A DNA stretch of 64,000 nt from Vicugna vicugna (taxonomy: Eukaryota): contig PNXW01005888.1 in the NCBI GenBank assembly GCA_013265495.1, forward strand, positions 1 through 64,000. The letters are read 5' to 3'. The notes below the pieces were generated by a model. That model saw nothing but the letters and a program-made list of their open reading frames with translations, did not search any database and had not been told where the DNA came from. Numbering within the stretch: position 1 is the stretch's first letter; each line of letters opens with the position of its first letter. The translations under genes were made by a program, and so were the position numbers. This document shows positions 39,601 through 53,365 of the stretch, piece after piece.

Positions 39601-41784
39601 GGGTCTGAATTCTATTTAGTGCACTTAACTCCCAGAGGCTGTACGACCTCAAGAACCACGTGTCCTGGGGTATCTAAGGATAAGCTCTTTGCTTCCTTAG
39701 ACCCATCCTCCAAAATAAGTTTGATGCTTTAGGGAAAGAAATCCTATCATGCAAATACACTATTTGTTCTAGTTCACTACTTTGGAGTCCCTCAGAAGAC
39801 TGCTCCAACCAGTGCTCTCAACATCTCCTTCCTCCCCACCCTGTTCTCCTGTTCATCCGGAGGTGTTCTCAAAGGCAGTGAAGACCACGGCTAAGAAAGA
39901 CAGGGGCAGGGAGTGTGGCACTGGGGGTTTGAGGACGGACGGTGACCCCAGGCATCCAGGCCAGTCATTTCAGACATGTCCATCTAACATATACCAGAGT
40001 TAACCTCAAGAACAACTGGTACAAATATGGTGTTAATAGATGCCTTTGCATAAATGTGATCCCTGAGTAAAAAAAAAAAATACAAATACAAAACAAGCTC
40101 AAAAGTTTGGCTCAAGACATGTAATTGAGATGACTTGCAGCACCACTGATATACACCATTGATCTGTTTCCTGCTAAATGGTAACCAGCTACATGTGTCC
40201 TGGCTGAAGGAAGGCAGTGTATCACCTGCTAAAGACAGGCTTAGTAAGGGATGCCCCTGTGACCCCAACTCATGTCAACCCTCCAAGCACCTCTAGATCA
40301 CAGTGAGCCAGCTCAGGCTTTCTCCGGCAGACTGTCGGCTGATGGCACTTGGCAGCCTGGTTCCAGCCCAGGCAGGGGCGGAGATAAAAGGAGGGATCCT
40401 CTGGCTTCGTAAGTCACTGCAACATAACCATTTTCTCTCATTCATTCAGAACAGGATGGTTAAACTTTGGAAAAAACATCTGCTGTTAACATGCTGACAA
40501 AACTTCAGCTACTCCAATACCTAACCACAGGAAGAGACAGTGACAATCCTGCAGGATAAAATATCACTCTTCAAAACGTGATTTTTTTCTTTTTAAAATT
40601 CTTGATGCTCCACCTTGTTCCAGAAAGGATTTAAAGGGAGATAGACACAACAGACTACTGACTACAGCTCTGCCAGTGAACAGTCCTGATGTGCAGCTCC
40701 CTGCCCCAGACCTGAGCTAGCATCCTGGTGAGCCTCCCAAGGAACCTCAACAAACAGGTGGACCACATTCCCTGCTATTCTGGGCTGAAAGCAGAGTGCG
40801 CTGCAGATGAGTGGTCACGGTGGGTCAGGTTGCCACAACAGACGCAAAGGAAACAATCCCTGTCCTTTGGTCCCCAACTTCCAAGAAGAGTCAAGAGACC
40901 AGCCAAATTCAGACTCCAAGTTTGTCCCACCTCATGCAGTTGTTAATGAGGATTAAAATGAGATAACAAGGAAAAGCCTACACGCACCAAGGGTTACATC
41001 ATTAGTGCAACTAGATGAGGCGTCTTTGTGGTTTTTCTCCCCACCCTACCCTTTTCCTCGAAACGGGTGGTGTAATCAATCTAAGACTTCCCAAAACCTC
41101 TTTGTAATATGACTGTCGTTTTGATAAGAATGAGTTTTTGGTAAGAAGTAGCAAACACACACAAGCCCACTAATTTCCCACCGAAATGGCTCCTAAAGAG
41201 TCCAGCATTCTCACACAGCTTGAATTTTCTACCTTCCCTATAAAAGAGCATAAAGGCCTGGCTCATGTCACTTGGAACACCCAGGTCTCTGAAAGCCCTC
41301 ACCACAATGCCACACCCTGCTGTGACTCAATTCGCAGGTCACACAGGAAGGAATTTTCTACTTCTCTTTCTGTTCGGTGGTTCTGGTCTCTAAGGGTGGA
41401 GGAGGGAGCCAGGAAGATGCTGTTTTTCTTTTCAGATCTTACCATTGTTACACCTGCTGTACAAACACACCCACACTACCAAGAGAGCTTGGTCATTAAT
41501 AGAGAGGGACACGTAAATGTATTCAAGGATTAAATTATCTAAACCAACCACAGTAATCCCTTAGATTCTAGGCCTCTGAATGGTGCCATTTTGGGTATTG
41601 AAGAAATCACGCCACTTCTGTCTGAAGCAACCAGAGGTCAGCCTTACTGGAAGCAGGCATCATCAGACTGGCCGTCATCACTTGCCAACATTTAGCTCAA
41701 CTAAATTCACCTGGTACCCAAACACCTTATATGAGTTAAACTATTTGATATATGACAGCTACTCACTGAGTCATAGATTTTATC

Positions 41785-41847
41785 CATTTTTTTCCTTTAA
41801 TGGAGGTACCGGGGATTGATCTCAGGGCCTCATGCATACTAAGCATA
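41785..41847 (-). mobile_element. partial camelid-type SINE
   Basis: 'tttaatggaggtaccggggattgatctcagggcctcatgcatactaagca' is the reverse complement of the 3' half of the SINE at 23847. Confidence 0.65.
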
Positions 41848-43081
41848 TATTTTTAAAATCTGGGAAACCAGGTGGCTTCTGAGGAGCAAACCATTTTGAG
41901 AGAAAGGAAATAGTGACCTGGGAGAATCCCAGAGGTCACGATGTGAATGAAGTTCCAGGAGAAAGTTAGGATGCTCTGTCTCCTTTTTTCCTTCAACAGA
42001 AGCTGACTGTGTGCCTGGCTGCAGCCTTCACGGAGCTCCCAGCCCAGTGAGAAGACAGATGGGGAAAGCACAGCCTGGTGCCAACTTCCGTGGTGCAGCT
42101 GTGCACACAGTGTGACAGGAACCGAGGAAGGTGCTGACTCAGACCCAGGATGAACCAGGAGGACCTCTCAGAAGAATCAATATCTGAATCTTGAAGGTTT
42201 TAGCCAGGAATCAAAGGAGACAGGGGAAAGGCTTACTGAGCAGAAGAGACATGATACCTCGGGCCCTGCGGAACAACGCACAGTCCCCCTGCGCCCAGGG
42301 TTCACCCGGGAGGACTGCAGAGAGATGAGGCAGAAGGCGGCGCTGGGCCCAGATCCTAAATGCAGTAGGGAAGTGACGAGTCAAATCTGCACGGTAGATC
42401 TAGTGATCAGGTGGCTTGTGGGAAATGGCCTGGCCTGCAGAAGAGCAGCTCCCGGGGGCTGTGAAGACAAGGCAGTGGGAGAGAATGGAAGAGATTCCAG
42501 CAATCCTTAGAGGGGCTGTGGAGGAGAGAGAAAGGGTTTGCCCTCTGGCTTTCTGGCTCTACTATCACCAGGGATGAGAAAGACCACAGGGGAAGAGAGT
42601 GGAGATGATGGTAAGTTCAGTTTTGGATACGTTGGCACTGGGGTGTTAGAGACTATCCGGTTGATAATATGTGGAAACAAGTTAATGGCTCAGTTCTAGG
42701 CAATATTCAATGGCTGATAACACCACTCCCAGTGAAGTGTACACCACTACCTATGAAGCAGTATTACCAGAAAAAAAAAATTGAACCTGTATGACACCAA
42801 GGATCTATCCAATAACCAGTTGGCAGGAAATACAGAGGACAGAAGGTCATGGCACAGGATGCCATAGGGATGCGATCTGCAAAACCCAAGCTGAGATTCT
42901 GCAGACAAGTGACCTAGTTCCTTCCACAGACCAACTGCAAGGAAGAAGGAAAAAAAACAGAGGAGGAGCCTATAAAGGACTGAGGAGATATCAATTAATA
43001 CTGACCTTACTTGGATCAGAACTCAGACTGAAAAATAAACACAAGAAGTTTAAGCCAACTGGACAATATGAACTTAACTGG

Positions 43082-43871
43082 TGTAAGGACGGAGACAACT
43101 TGAAAACTGACTTAATTATCCTTGTTGAAAAGAAGGGTAATGACTTCTCCCGCCTCCCCTATCGTTTCAGAATGTCTTTCTCTGTCCTTTTCAAATGTAG
43201 GTAATTAAAAAAATTAATTTTTTCTTTTTGGGTGGGGGGAGGTAATTAAACCTACTTATTTATTTTTGGAGGAGATGCCAGGGGTTGAACCCAGAACCTC
43301 ATGCATGCTAAGCATGTGCTCTACCACTTGAGCTACACCCCCCGCCCAATTGTGTAGGTGATCTTTACAGTGACTAAATAAGCCTCACAACCCAAGAATG
43401 TTTCCTTGAGGACCTGGGAACCATCTTTTTGAAATGCAAACATCTAGGGCTCCCACCTCCCAGCCCTCCTGGGAGACTAGGAGGCTAACTTCGGGGCATG
43501 GTTGGTGGGCCTTTGCTCCAATTTGAAAAAAAACAAAACAAAAATGACCTCCTGCATTAAGATATGAGAAGTTAATTTGCTCCCCCAGACAAAGCCAATC
43601 AACTAACAGGTGGTCACTCCAATTTCCATGATAAAGTTAGGGTGAGCTACATGTGATAAAAAGTGTTGTCAAAGGAGAACTAGTTATCATTAATCTTGAA
43701 AACATGGAATGAGTTGCACCTGCTTGGCTACAGAAACGAATAAGGTTTATCTTTGGGATCTTTTAGCAAATTGCCGGATTTAATGCTTATTCTATAAACT
43801 GTTTTCTTTTTCTACCACCTTTGTGGATAGGTTCTTGGTTTGGAGAAGATTTTTTAAATTATATTTCCCCA
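43082..43871 (+). mobile_element. ERV1-class solo LTR (MER34-like) interrupted by a SINE
   Basis: Starts tgtaagga and ends 'aaattatatttcccca'; internal 'gaggacctgggaaccatcttttgaaatgcaaacatc'. Confidence 0.6.
43203..43348 (-). mobile_element. camelid-type tRNA-derived SINE
   Basis: Reverse complement reads ggggggtgtagctcaagtggtagagcacatgcttagcatgcatgaggttctgggttcaacccc; tgtaggt repeated on both flanks. Confidence 0.85.
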
Positions 43872-45459
43872 GTACTAGGTATTTGATATTAACTTATTTT
43901 AGGTGTGATAATGGTATTGTAGTTAAGTTCTGAAGAATTCTTGTATTTTGAAGACATATGAAAGTGTTGGAGGTAAATCTCTGGATGCATCAGCATACAG
44001 GTGACAGGAAGGCCATGGAAATGGACAGACTGCCAATGGAGGTAGCATAAAGCAAGAGGATCTAGGGCAGAACCCTGATGAATACCAACACTTAAGGGGT
44101 AGGAAGCAGAAGATCTAGCAAAGGAACCTAAAACCAGAAGAGCACAGTGTCAGTTTCAGTGAGGATGAAATGGTTAATAGGGTCAAACGTAAAAGTTGCA
44201 GGGGCCACCGTATTAGGAAGTAGGTCAGAGAGCTCAGCAACAGTGATGCAGTGATGGCCCAGGACCCCAGATTATAGCAAGCTGAAGTGTGAAAGGCAGT
44301 GGGGAAGCTGAGATGGTGGCTAACAAAATAACCAGATGAGAGCTAAGGCTACATACGGCAGAAGGGGATAGGAGGTGGAGGTAACTATCCAAGGGACACG
44401 GTAGCAGAGAGAAACTGAGAATCAAGGGGAGAGAAGGAATAAGTGCCAGAGCAAGGGCACTCAGGAGGCAGGAGGGGATGGGATCTAGAGCACGGGGAGA
44501 TGGTGAGGCTGAGGGTCACTTACCGGAACATGACCCCTGAGAAAAGAGACTAAATTCACCATCTTCCCTTCTAACTGGCTGTGGCCATGTGACCCACTGC
44601 GGCCAAGAGGATAAGCAGTGGTGTCCTGCAGCAACTTCTTGGGAACCTTCCTTAAGGGAAAGCACAAGTTCTCCCTTTGCCCGGTTCTTGGTTCATTCTT
44701 CCATCCTGATGCCAGAAATGAGGCCACAGCCATCTGGGACCATTAGATGGAGGCCTTGCTGGTAGTGCAGCAAGGTGAGAATCTAGTTCTGAACTTCAAG
44801 AAACGAAGCCTCCAAACCAGCTATGGACTTCTCTCTAGACTATTTCCTGGAGAGTGAAATGAATTATTTTTCTTAAACCACTGTTATTTTGGGCTCTTAT
44901 CATGTGCAAGCATACTCACCTCCCACAGGGAGGACCGGATACCTCATCCTCTCAGGAGAGGCTATAGCATCTCTGTCCGTACAACCAACTGGGGGATGGG
45001 GGAGAAGAGCTGTATGTTAAGAGAGTTCATATCTGTGTTGGAAGAACAGAGCCTGGAGGATTAAGGGTACAGACTTTAAATAGCTGTCTTGGAAAATGTG
45101 AGCAGAAACACGAGGAACACAGGACTTTCAGAAGTTGGAGACCATACATTTATGACGGTGCCACTCAGTTTCTTCAGCCACGTTAAGAGGGGAGAAGGCT
45201 GCGGACTGCACCAGCTGAGGGGCTAGGTTGTATATGGTAAGAAATAAGCTTCTCAACGACTTCTACTGCTGACTGTGTGACCTTCAGGCCATACTTTTTC
45301 CATCCTCAACTTTTATTTATAGAACAGTGTGCTAAGTGACACGTTGAAAAATTTTTTTCAAGCATGCAGCATTATGGTGTCCCTCTCTGTAGCACAGAGA
45401 AGCTACCACCTCAAGTGACCTTCCTTGTTCAATACATATTCTAACCTATTTAAAAATTT

Positions 45460-46160
45460 TTCCTTTTTAAATTGTGGTAAAATACAGATGACAATAACCA
45501 TCTTAGCCATTTTTAAGTGGTATTAAGTACATTCACAATGTTGTGTAACTGTTACCATCCATCCATCTCCAGAACTCTTTCCATCTTGCAAAACTGAAAT
45601 TTTGTACCCATTAAACTGTACCTCTCTCCCTCTTTCCCCAGTCTGTGAACCACCACTTTGTCTCTAAATTTGACGACTCTAGCATACTTTATAAGTGGAA
45701 TCATACAATATGTCTTTTTGTGACTGGTTTATATCACTTAACACAATGTTCTCAAGGTTCCCCCATGTAAACAGCATATATCAGAACTTCCTTCCTTTTT
45801 AAGGCTATTATTCCATTGTATGTAGGTACCACATTTTGTTTATCCATTCATCCATCAACGGACGCTTGGGTTGCTTCCACCTTTTGGCTATTGTGGATAA
45901 TGCTATTGTGTGCTATGTGTGCAATGATATGGGTGTACAAGTATCTCTTCATAAGAGTACTTTCAATTCTTTTGGACATATGCCTGGAGTAGAATTTCTA
46001 GATCATATGTTAACTCTGTTTTTAACTTTTTCAGGAAATGCCATACTGTTTTCCACAGTACCTGGATGATTACATTCCTACCAACAGTGCACAAGGGTTC
46101 CGATATCTCCATATCTTCACCAACATTTGTTAATTTTTTTTGTGCTATCATAATAGGTGT
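45460..46160 (-). mobile_element. old L1 3' fragment
   Basis: 'aaattgtggtaaaatac...ttttaagtg...gtttatccattcatccatcaacggacgcttgggttgcttccaccttttggctattgtg'. Confidence 0.85.
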
Positions 46161-49100
46161 CATTATTTGCTTTTATGGTTAAGAATCACATAATAGCAAG
46201 AGCCTAGCACAGTGCCTAGACCATAGTAGATGTTAGATATCAAGCAACTTTTATTACATAAGATGTGAGTTAAATTCTTTGCTGCCTTTTTCTAAACAGG
46301 AAAGATATGGTCATATTGAAATTTGCCAAATCCCAGTTATCTGTAATAGACTTGCCCATATTCAAGTTTGTCAGTGATGTATGCTTTTGTCAAGACATTA
46401 GCAAATCACTAATTCCAGAAGAGCTTTATCATGCTCCAAACAAAAACCAATACCCATTAGTGGTCACTCCCCATTCCCTCTCCCCACCCAGCCCCTGGGA
46501 ATCACTACTCTGCTTTCTCCTTGGATTTGCCTATGCTGGACATTTCATATAAATGGAGTCATATGATGTGTGGCCTTTTGTATATCTGCCTTCTTTCACT
46601 CAGTATAATGCTTTCAAAGTTCTTCCACATTGTAGCATGAATTAGCAATTCATTCCTTTTTATAGCTCAATAATATTCCATTTTGTGGATATATCACTTT
46701 TTTCTCAAAACAAATCTCCGAAAGGAACCCTGCTTTCTGGCTTTATTTGAAAACCTGGAGATGAGTATAGAAAGGCCCTCCCCTTCCCCCATGACAACCA
46801 CTGGTGAGACCTCAGTAACAGCTTTTTGTTCCCTGAACATTCCAGGCCTTTTCATCTCAGGGTCTTGGCAACTTTATTTACTGCATTTACCCTCTGCCTG
46901 CAATGCTTGTCTCCCAGATATGCACGTGGTGCCTTTGCTTACCTCTCAAAGGTCTGCTTACTGACCTCTTCTCAGTAAGGCCTCCCTACCTACATCCACA
47001 GTGCTTATCCTACCCTCATCCTTGCTTTCATTTATTTTATAGCATTTATTGCATCTGTCATACTGTTATGTTTTACTCATGTCTGTTTCCAACCACCCCT
47101 CATTAGAAAGTCCCATGACAACAGGTATTTCTGGCTTGTTCATTATTGTATCCCTAGTACCTAAAACCTAGTAGTGCTCACATTTTTTGAATATACAAAG
47201 GTAATAAATGAACTTGTTACAGTTTTTAGTGACTAAAAGCTGCTAAGAAAAATAAACCTAAAAATGATATTTAAACAGCTTTGATGCATACTTTGTATTA
47301 ATTGACATTTTAAATTCAATGAGTTTTGGCAAATATACAAAGTTCTGTAACCGCTACCATGTTCAAGATATAGAACATTGAAAATGAAATAAGTCACAGT
47401 AACACATTAAGGTAGGTCTGTTTACTATAGTCAGGTATGCCTAGAACTTGAAGATGCCTTTAATTAAAACTTTAGGCTGCTATTTCAGAAGTTGTACTAA
47501 AGAATATGATGGTTCAAAAGTTAGAGCACCAAGAGAACAAGGAATTGCTAAAACCCAAAGGAACTATGAAATAAAGGCCAGAGAAAGTGTAACCTAATGA
47601 GTCATATTAACTAGAAGAAGGCTGTGTCAAGTATTAGGGGGGAAAAGCAAACAAAAGAACTCATTATCAAGGGCCCGGGCAGAGAGAGGCTTTGCCTATT
47701 CCAGTCCACACAGTAATTTGTTTCTCACTGGAATTTGTAAACTGATTTATTAGTCAGGATCTTTAAGCTGCAAGCAACAGAAACCTATTCTGGCTAATTT
47801 CAGTAGAAAAGCTATTTTTCCAATTTGGGTAACTCCCAGAATCGTCTTTAGGGGACCAAAATTTGGTTTAAAGGCCACATGGCCAGGAATAACAGCTCCC
47901 CAAGCCCCACTGCAGGATGGCCCAGTGAAGATACTCTTGCTGCTGGCACCTCCACTACAAGGGAAAGGACACACTGCAGCTTCACGGCTCACCCCACTGA
48001 CACTGGGCAGAAGCTACTGCTGGGACCACTGCCCCTCCTTCCGGAATTTCAAGACAAGGTTTAGGATGGGTGTTTCTTTGAGTGGAGCCTAGGTCAAGTG
48101 CCCACAACCCCATCTGCAACAAAAACAAGGTGGAATGTGGGTGGAGGTAGATGAGGGTCAAGTTATACAGTGCTTATCTTACCGGTTGTTAAGTATGGAA
48201 CACATACCACTAGTGGTTGTAAGTCAAATACCAAAGTGTAAACCTTAAACTAAAAGTGTATCAGAAAAATGCATCTAGCACAAGCCTGAGATTTCACTGT
48301 TTACTATAGGAACAGGTAGGTTTTAAAAGTATAAAGTTTTAAAGCCAATTTAAAGAACACCAAAATAATACGACAAGTTAGCATAGATGATACATGAATG
48401 ACAAGACGGAGAAGCATGGATGCAGGCAAAAAGCCATGGAAAGACAAAGCAAAGGAGAAACACAGTCTTAAAATGATCACTCTGGTGGCAGTCAAGAACA
48501 GGAACCAAGCAGGCCAATGGGACAAGAGGCACCACTGGAAAGTCAGAGCCATGTGCGAGAAGGACAGAACTAGAGCAGTGCCATTAAGGGAAAGGACTCC
48601 AATCATTTAGGAGGGGAAAAAAAATCAACAAGACTTGTGATCAACAGATGTAAGGGACAAAAGAAAAGAGATAAGAACTGTGATGGTCTCAGAGTTTGAC
48701 TTGAGTAACCAGATGAGTGATAGTGTGAAACAGACAGTGGGAAGACAGCAGGACTAGCAGATTTGAAGAAGAAGATGAATTTTGTTTTGAACCTGTTGAG
48801 ACTGAGCCATCTGTGAGAGTGAGAGGAGGCTACTTAGAACAAATTTGGAGGAACACTGGGGACATGTCAACATTTGAGGGGTGGGAAAAAGGAGGATCCC
48901 ACAGAGGAGTCCAGGAAGGACCAGTCAGTGGAGAGGAGGCTCATTAGAGAGTTGAGTCCCGGCTAACAGAGTATTTCAGGAATAAGGCGGTCAGTTGTGC
49001 AGCAGAGAGGCCAGCAAAATAAAGGCTGACAAGTCAGTGAGCTTGCTCAAGGCAGTTTCAGTGGAATGGTAGGATGGAAGCCAGGCTGAAGCATCACTAG

Positions 49101-49672
49101 CACACAACTAAATGTGTGATGGCCAGCACTCTCAACCAACCACGGGAAGCAAACACAGACCCCTGAACTCACCTGCCAATCTGCTCCAAATGAACAGCTC
49201 TCGTACCTCAGAGCCTTACACTACCTCAGGCCCTCTATGAGTTCTTGCTGAAGCCAACTAGATTACTGGGTCTCAACCAAAGAGATTCCTGCTCTGCTAT
49301 CTGATGGGGTGCCAAATGAACAGGAAGAGTAAGTGTCCCTAGTCTAGTTGAGGGGAACCAGAATAGCTCCCAAATGGCTTCCTGAACCCCAGGATCCTTG
49401 GCCTGGTCATGGGAGCACAGTTCATTTAGGCAGTTGTTCCAGTGGCTGTCACTGCTTCAGTACCACAGCTGGGTCAAGTTACCGAAACTACAGTGACAGA
49501 CACCTCAAACTGTTAGTCTCAGTTTACAGCTATCTTACAGAACACTCATCCTACTTTTGAAGGAAAAAGGGCAAACAAATTACCATGGCTACAAGAGCTA
49601 ACCAGAATCAGGAGCAGGGCCACTGCATCTGAGCCTTGCCAGAGCAATTATGTCTTCATTTCTCTCAGGCTC

Positions 49673-50050
49673 TTTTTTATTTTTTAATTGAAGAACAGTC
49701 AGTTACAATGTGTCAATTTCTGGTGTACAGCACAATGTCCCAGTCATGCGTATACATACATACATTCATTTTCATATTCTTTTTCATTAAAGGTTATTAC
49801 AAAATATTGAATATAGTTCCCTGTGCTATACAGAAGAAATTTGTTTTTTATATATATTTTTTATATAGTGGCTAATATTTGCAAGTCTCAAGCTCCCAAA
49901 TTTATCCCTTCCCATCCCCTTTCCTCCAGTAACCATAAGACCGTTTACTATGTCTGTGAGTCTGAGTTGTTATTTTTTTTTTAGATTCCACATATAAGTG
50001 ATATCATATGGTATTTTTCTTTCTCTTTCTGGCTTACTTCATTTAGAATG
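49673..50050 (-). mobile_element. 5'-truncated younger L1 3' end
   Basis: T-rich tail plus 'aattgaagaacagtcagttacaatgtgtcaatttctggtgtacagc...'; same family as 8897-9164; imperfect TSD tctcagg..tctt. Confidence 0.8.
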
Positions 50051-52166
50051 TCTCAGGGTCTCTTAATACACTAAAATAAATAATTACCTGAGAGAGGAAC
50101 CATTGAGTGTCCTTAATAAGCCCAGGGGAAGAGGAAAACAAACCCAGAAAAAGTCAAACATATTCATTCAAGAAAACAGGAAGTTTGATGCCATGGCAAC
50201 ACCAGCAGCCAGTGACATCAGAGCAGAAGGAGAGGAACAAAAGGATTTATGACAAGTTACCTTTCCATGGGTCTTCTCTCCCTTGAAATTTGACCCATGC
50301 TGCTTATGTGATGGTGCTTGAAGGACTTAAGTTATTTTGGTACTGTTTCAGAACACAGCAATTGAAACTTCTCTTGGTACTTTTCTCCAACATATTCCTG
50401 GAGATGAGCCAAAACCACATGCCAGAAATCTGCTGAGTGCCACGATCTTATTAATATGCAATGAGATTCTATTTCAGACTGCTGGTGATACTGGGCTACC
50501 AGTCAGCCACAGGGTTAAGGATATAAATTGTAAAACTAAAAACATTTGAGAAGAATTAAAGGGGAGACCAAATAAACAGAAGCTTCACCATCACTTTAGG
50601 TTGAGGGTTTACAGGGGAAGTATTTGAGAGGAGACGTTTAGGGAGAACAGCTTCTCCAGGCTGGAGTGGAAAAATACCAGGAGCTGCTACGGGAAAGGAG
50701 GTCTACAAGGCATGAGTAAGAGAAGCGGCTACAATGTGCCCCTCCCCCTCATTCAGCAGCCTCAGCTGTGTAAGAGGCTGCAACCGATTCCTGTCAGGAG
50801 TCTCTTAAGGCAGAATCAAGCAGCGAGCAGGCAATTTGAGCAATGCCAGGCTCAATTCATCAAGACGGGCTGCAGGTTTATCCAGAAGTTAAAGAAGTGA
50901 TTACCAGAAATTGCTTCCATCAGTGTAAAATTACACTATTGAAAAAGACATTGTGTTCAGCTGATTAAAAGGGACAGTACTCTCATTTATAAGAGGGAAA
51001 AAACCTTTTCCTATTAGGTAGCTCATGACACATTAAGTCTTTATGTATCTTTCATCTTTAGTGGTGAACTTGGGGAATTACTAAAGTGATTAATTATAGT
51101 TCCTTCTTCAATAGGGTCTCTATTAAAACCAAGACACTACATACATATGTAGCCAGAGGTGTATGAAGGACTTCTCAACTCAAGGTGACATCATTATTCC
51201 TCTGTGTTTTAGAGGCGATGACTCACCACAGGGACTCAATGGACTCAATGATTAGCAGAGAAGGTTTCAAAGCAAGCATGGGGAAGGGATTTGTAGTTCA
51301 CCTAGATTCTGTACTATTATCTCCAGGACCTATAGCTCCCTACTGCCATGCCTTTTGCACTTTATAGCTCCAGAAAAGATATGTGAATGGCCCTAATATA
51401 ATTGAGGAAATGGCCTTGAACAGTAGCCAGAAACATTTGGGTTAGATGTAACGAAGAACCTTCCTTCCATAAAAGGTACTGGAATTTGATGCCCTGTTAC
51501 TAAAAGAAGGGTTTTCCATTACTACACAAGTGGCATCTATCCTTGGGTCAGATTTACGTCTGGTTCTGTCAGTTTAGACTACTATCCTGATTACAAGACT
51601 GAAACTTTACTTTTAATTACCTGGGGGTGCTTGTGAAAACGCACGTGTATGAGTTCCACGTCAGAGCCAATAAACCAGATTCTTCCATGAAGAATCTGTA
51701 TTTTTCACAAGTAACCCAAGTGATTTTCATTAACAGGGAAGTTTGAAAAAACACAGATCTAAGGTGCTGCTTACAGTAATAAAGTTATTAAGCCTAGGGA
51801 GGAAATGAATGATTTAAAGAGAGGAAACTGGTTAGACAGATGAATCATAAGCACCTCATGACTGGGTTAGGAAAGCTAGAATTTTGGGGAAAGGCTGAGT
51901 GCAGTCAGAGCTGGAGCCAGCACACCCTCCTGCAGCTTGTTCCAGGCCCTGCCTCACTCCACTTCCTTGCCTTCTACACACTCTCTTTACTGCAAGCAGA
52001 CTTAGCCTGAAGACTCCTCAATAGATCTTAAGCTGCAGGTAGAATCTAAAAGAGGATGAGAGAGAGTACACAGCGGACACTGTGCAGTCAGTCCCTGGAT
52101 ATAAGAGAGTAAGACTCTGAAATGATCTGTTACCAGCCCTCAGACATCTAAAATCCAGCCACTTAC

Positions 52167-52239
52167 CCAAATTGGAGAGCCTTTTCATCAAGCCCGCTTC
52201 TCTTATAGCAGCAGGACCATATTCCACTCCTTTTCTTTT
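52167..52239 (-). CDS. ARG2: ARG2 coding exon 2
   Basis: ttacag| ... G|gtaagt; KRKGVEYGPAAIREAGLMKRLSNL. Confidence 0.95.
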
Positions 52240-53129
52240 CTGTAATGTATACACAGTTAGATGTGAGGGAAGATAAAAAATTAAGACCACTTCAGTTCAC
52301 AAAAATACAGAAATCTGCAGGCCTATACTTAGTTCCTAACAGATCCCACTGAAAACTCTTTTATTATTTTCACCTGAGGTCTGGTCATCTCAAACACTTG
52401 CAGGGAAGGAGGAGAAAACAGCAATCACTGGAATCGAACCAGCCTTCCAAGCCCCTCGTTGTGGGAAGGGAAAGCAGAGGCCAAGACAGGGAAAGCGGCT
52501 GAACCAGGTCAGGATCTGGTTGTTGGATGTTATGTGCCTCTGGCCAGGGCCAGAGCCCGGGACTTCGCCACCAACGAGCTCTCCACGACTGCAGGTTTCT
52601 TTCATTGAGGAGAGAACAAAACAGCTCCTCCCGTCTTCCCGCCGCCAGAGAGGCAAGCGCCAATTTCCGTTCCAGTTAATGCCCTTTCTGAGAATGGACC
52701 CTGAAGCCTTAAATCCTCGGCCGCTTTCTTTAACTTCTTCTCCCTTATTTTCCACCGGGGATTCTGGCCGGCTTCTCCTCCTGCAGCCTCTCCATGAAAT
52801 CCTCTCCCTCCTTTCCTCTCCTCCATCACCCCAAGCGGAACCCACCACTTTCTCGTTTCTCCGGGGGAGGCCGAAGAAACCCGCCATCCCGCTTGCCCCT
52901 GCCCGCACTGCAAACAGGGTGCCCTCCATCCCCTCCCTCCTTCCCCGTCTTCTACCAGGGAAAATCCCCGGTGCTCTCCCAGTGCCCAATCGCGGGAATC
53001 AGCCACCACGTCCCCTCTCGGTTTCTCCCCATCCTCTCCTCGCCTCCCTGTCGTTCCCACTAGCCCCGGTTTCTCTAGGTTCTGGGGGGGCGGGGATCCT
53101 GCCCCAAGATGCCAGGTCCCAGTTCTCAC

Positions 53130-53240
53130 CTGTCCCTGTGAGAATGGGGCTCCAATGACAGCCACAGAGTGGACGGACTTCCTCGGCACGGAATGCACTT
53201 GCGCCCGGAGGAGACGCGAGAGGCTGCTCCTCAGGGACAT
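53130..53240 (-). CDS. ARG2: ARG2 coding exon 1 (mitochondrial transit peptide)
   Basis: ATG at 53240; MSLRSSLSRLLRAQVHSVPRKSVHSVAVIGAPFSQGQ; donor CAG|gtgaga. Confidence 0.95.
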
Positions 53241-53357
53241 GATGGGCAGCGCGGCACGTACCAGCAAGCAGCTGCTGTGCGGGGCTCGCTCCCTTAAGTG
53301 AGCGGGGCCGCGGGCCGCGCTTACCTACCCGCGAGCGAGCCGCGCCGCGCCGCCCCG

Positions 53358-53365
53358 TGACGTCA
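53358..53365. promoter_or_regulatory. perfect cAMP-response element (TGACGTCA)
   Basis: gTGACGTCAc palindrome ~120 bp upstream of the ARG2 ATG, among GC boxes. Confidence 0.8.

Larger units (their letters stand above)
28035..53240 (-). other. ARG2: ARG2 gene, CDS span (8 exons, 1065 nt, 354-aa mitochondrial arginase-2)
   Basis: Exons of 111+73+178+160+95+105+137+206 = 1065 nt join in frame. Mn-binding and catalytic motifs [22 protein letters not shown] and SFDIDAFDP are intact. Confidence 0.97.
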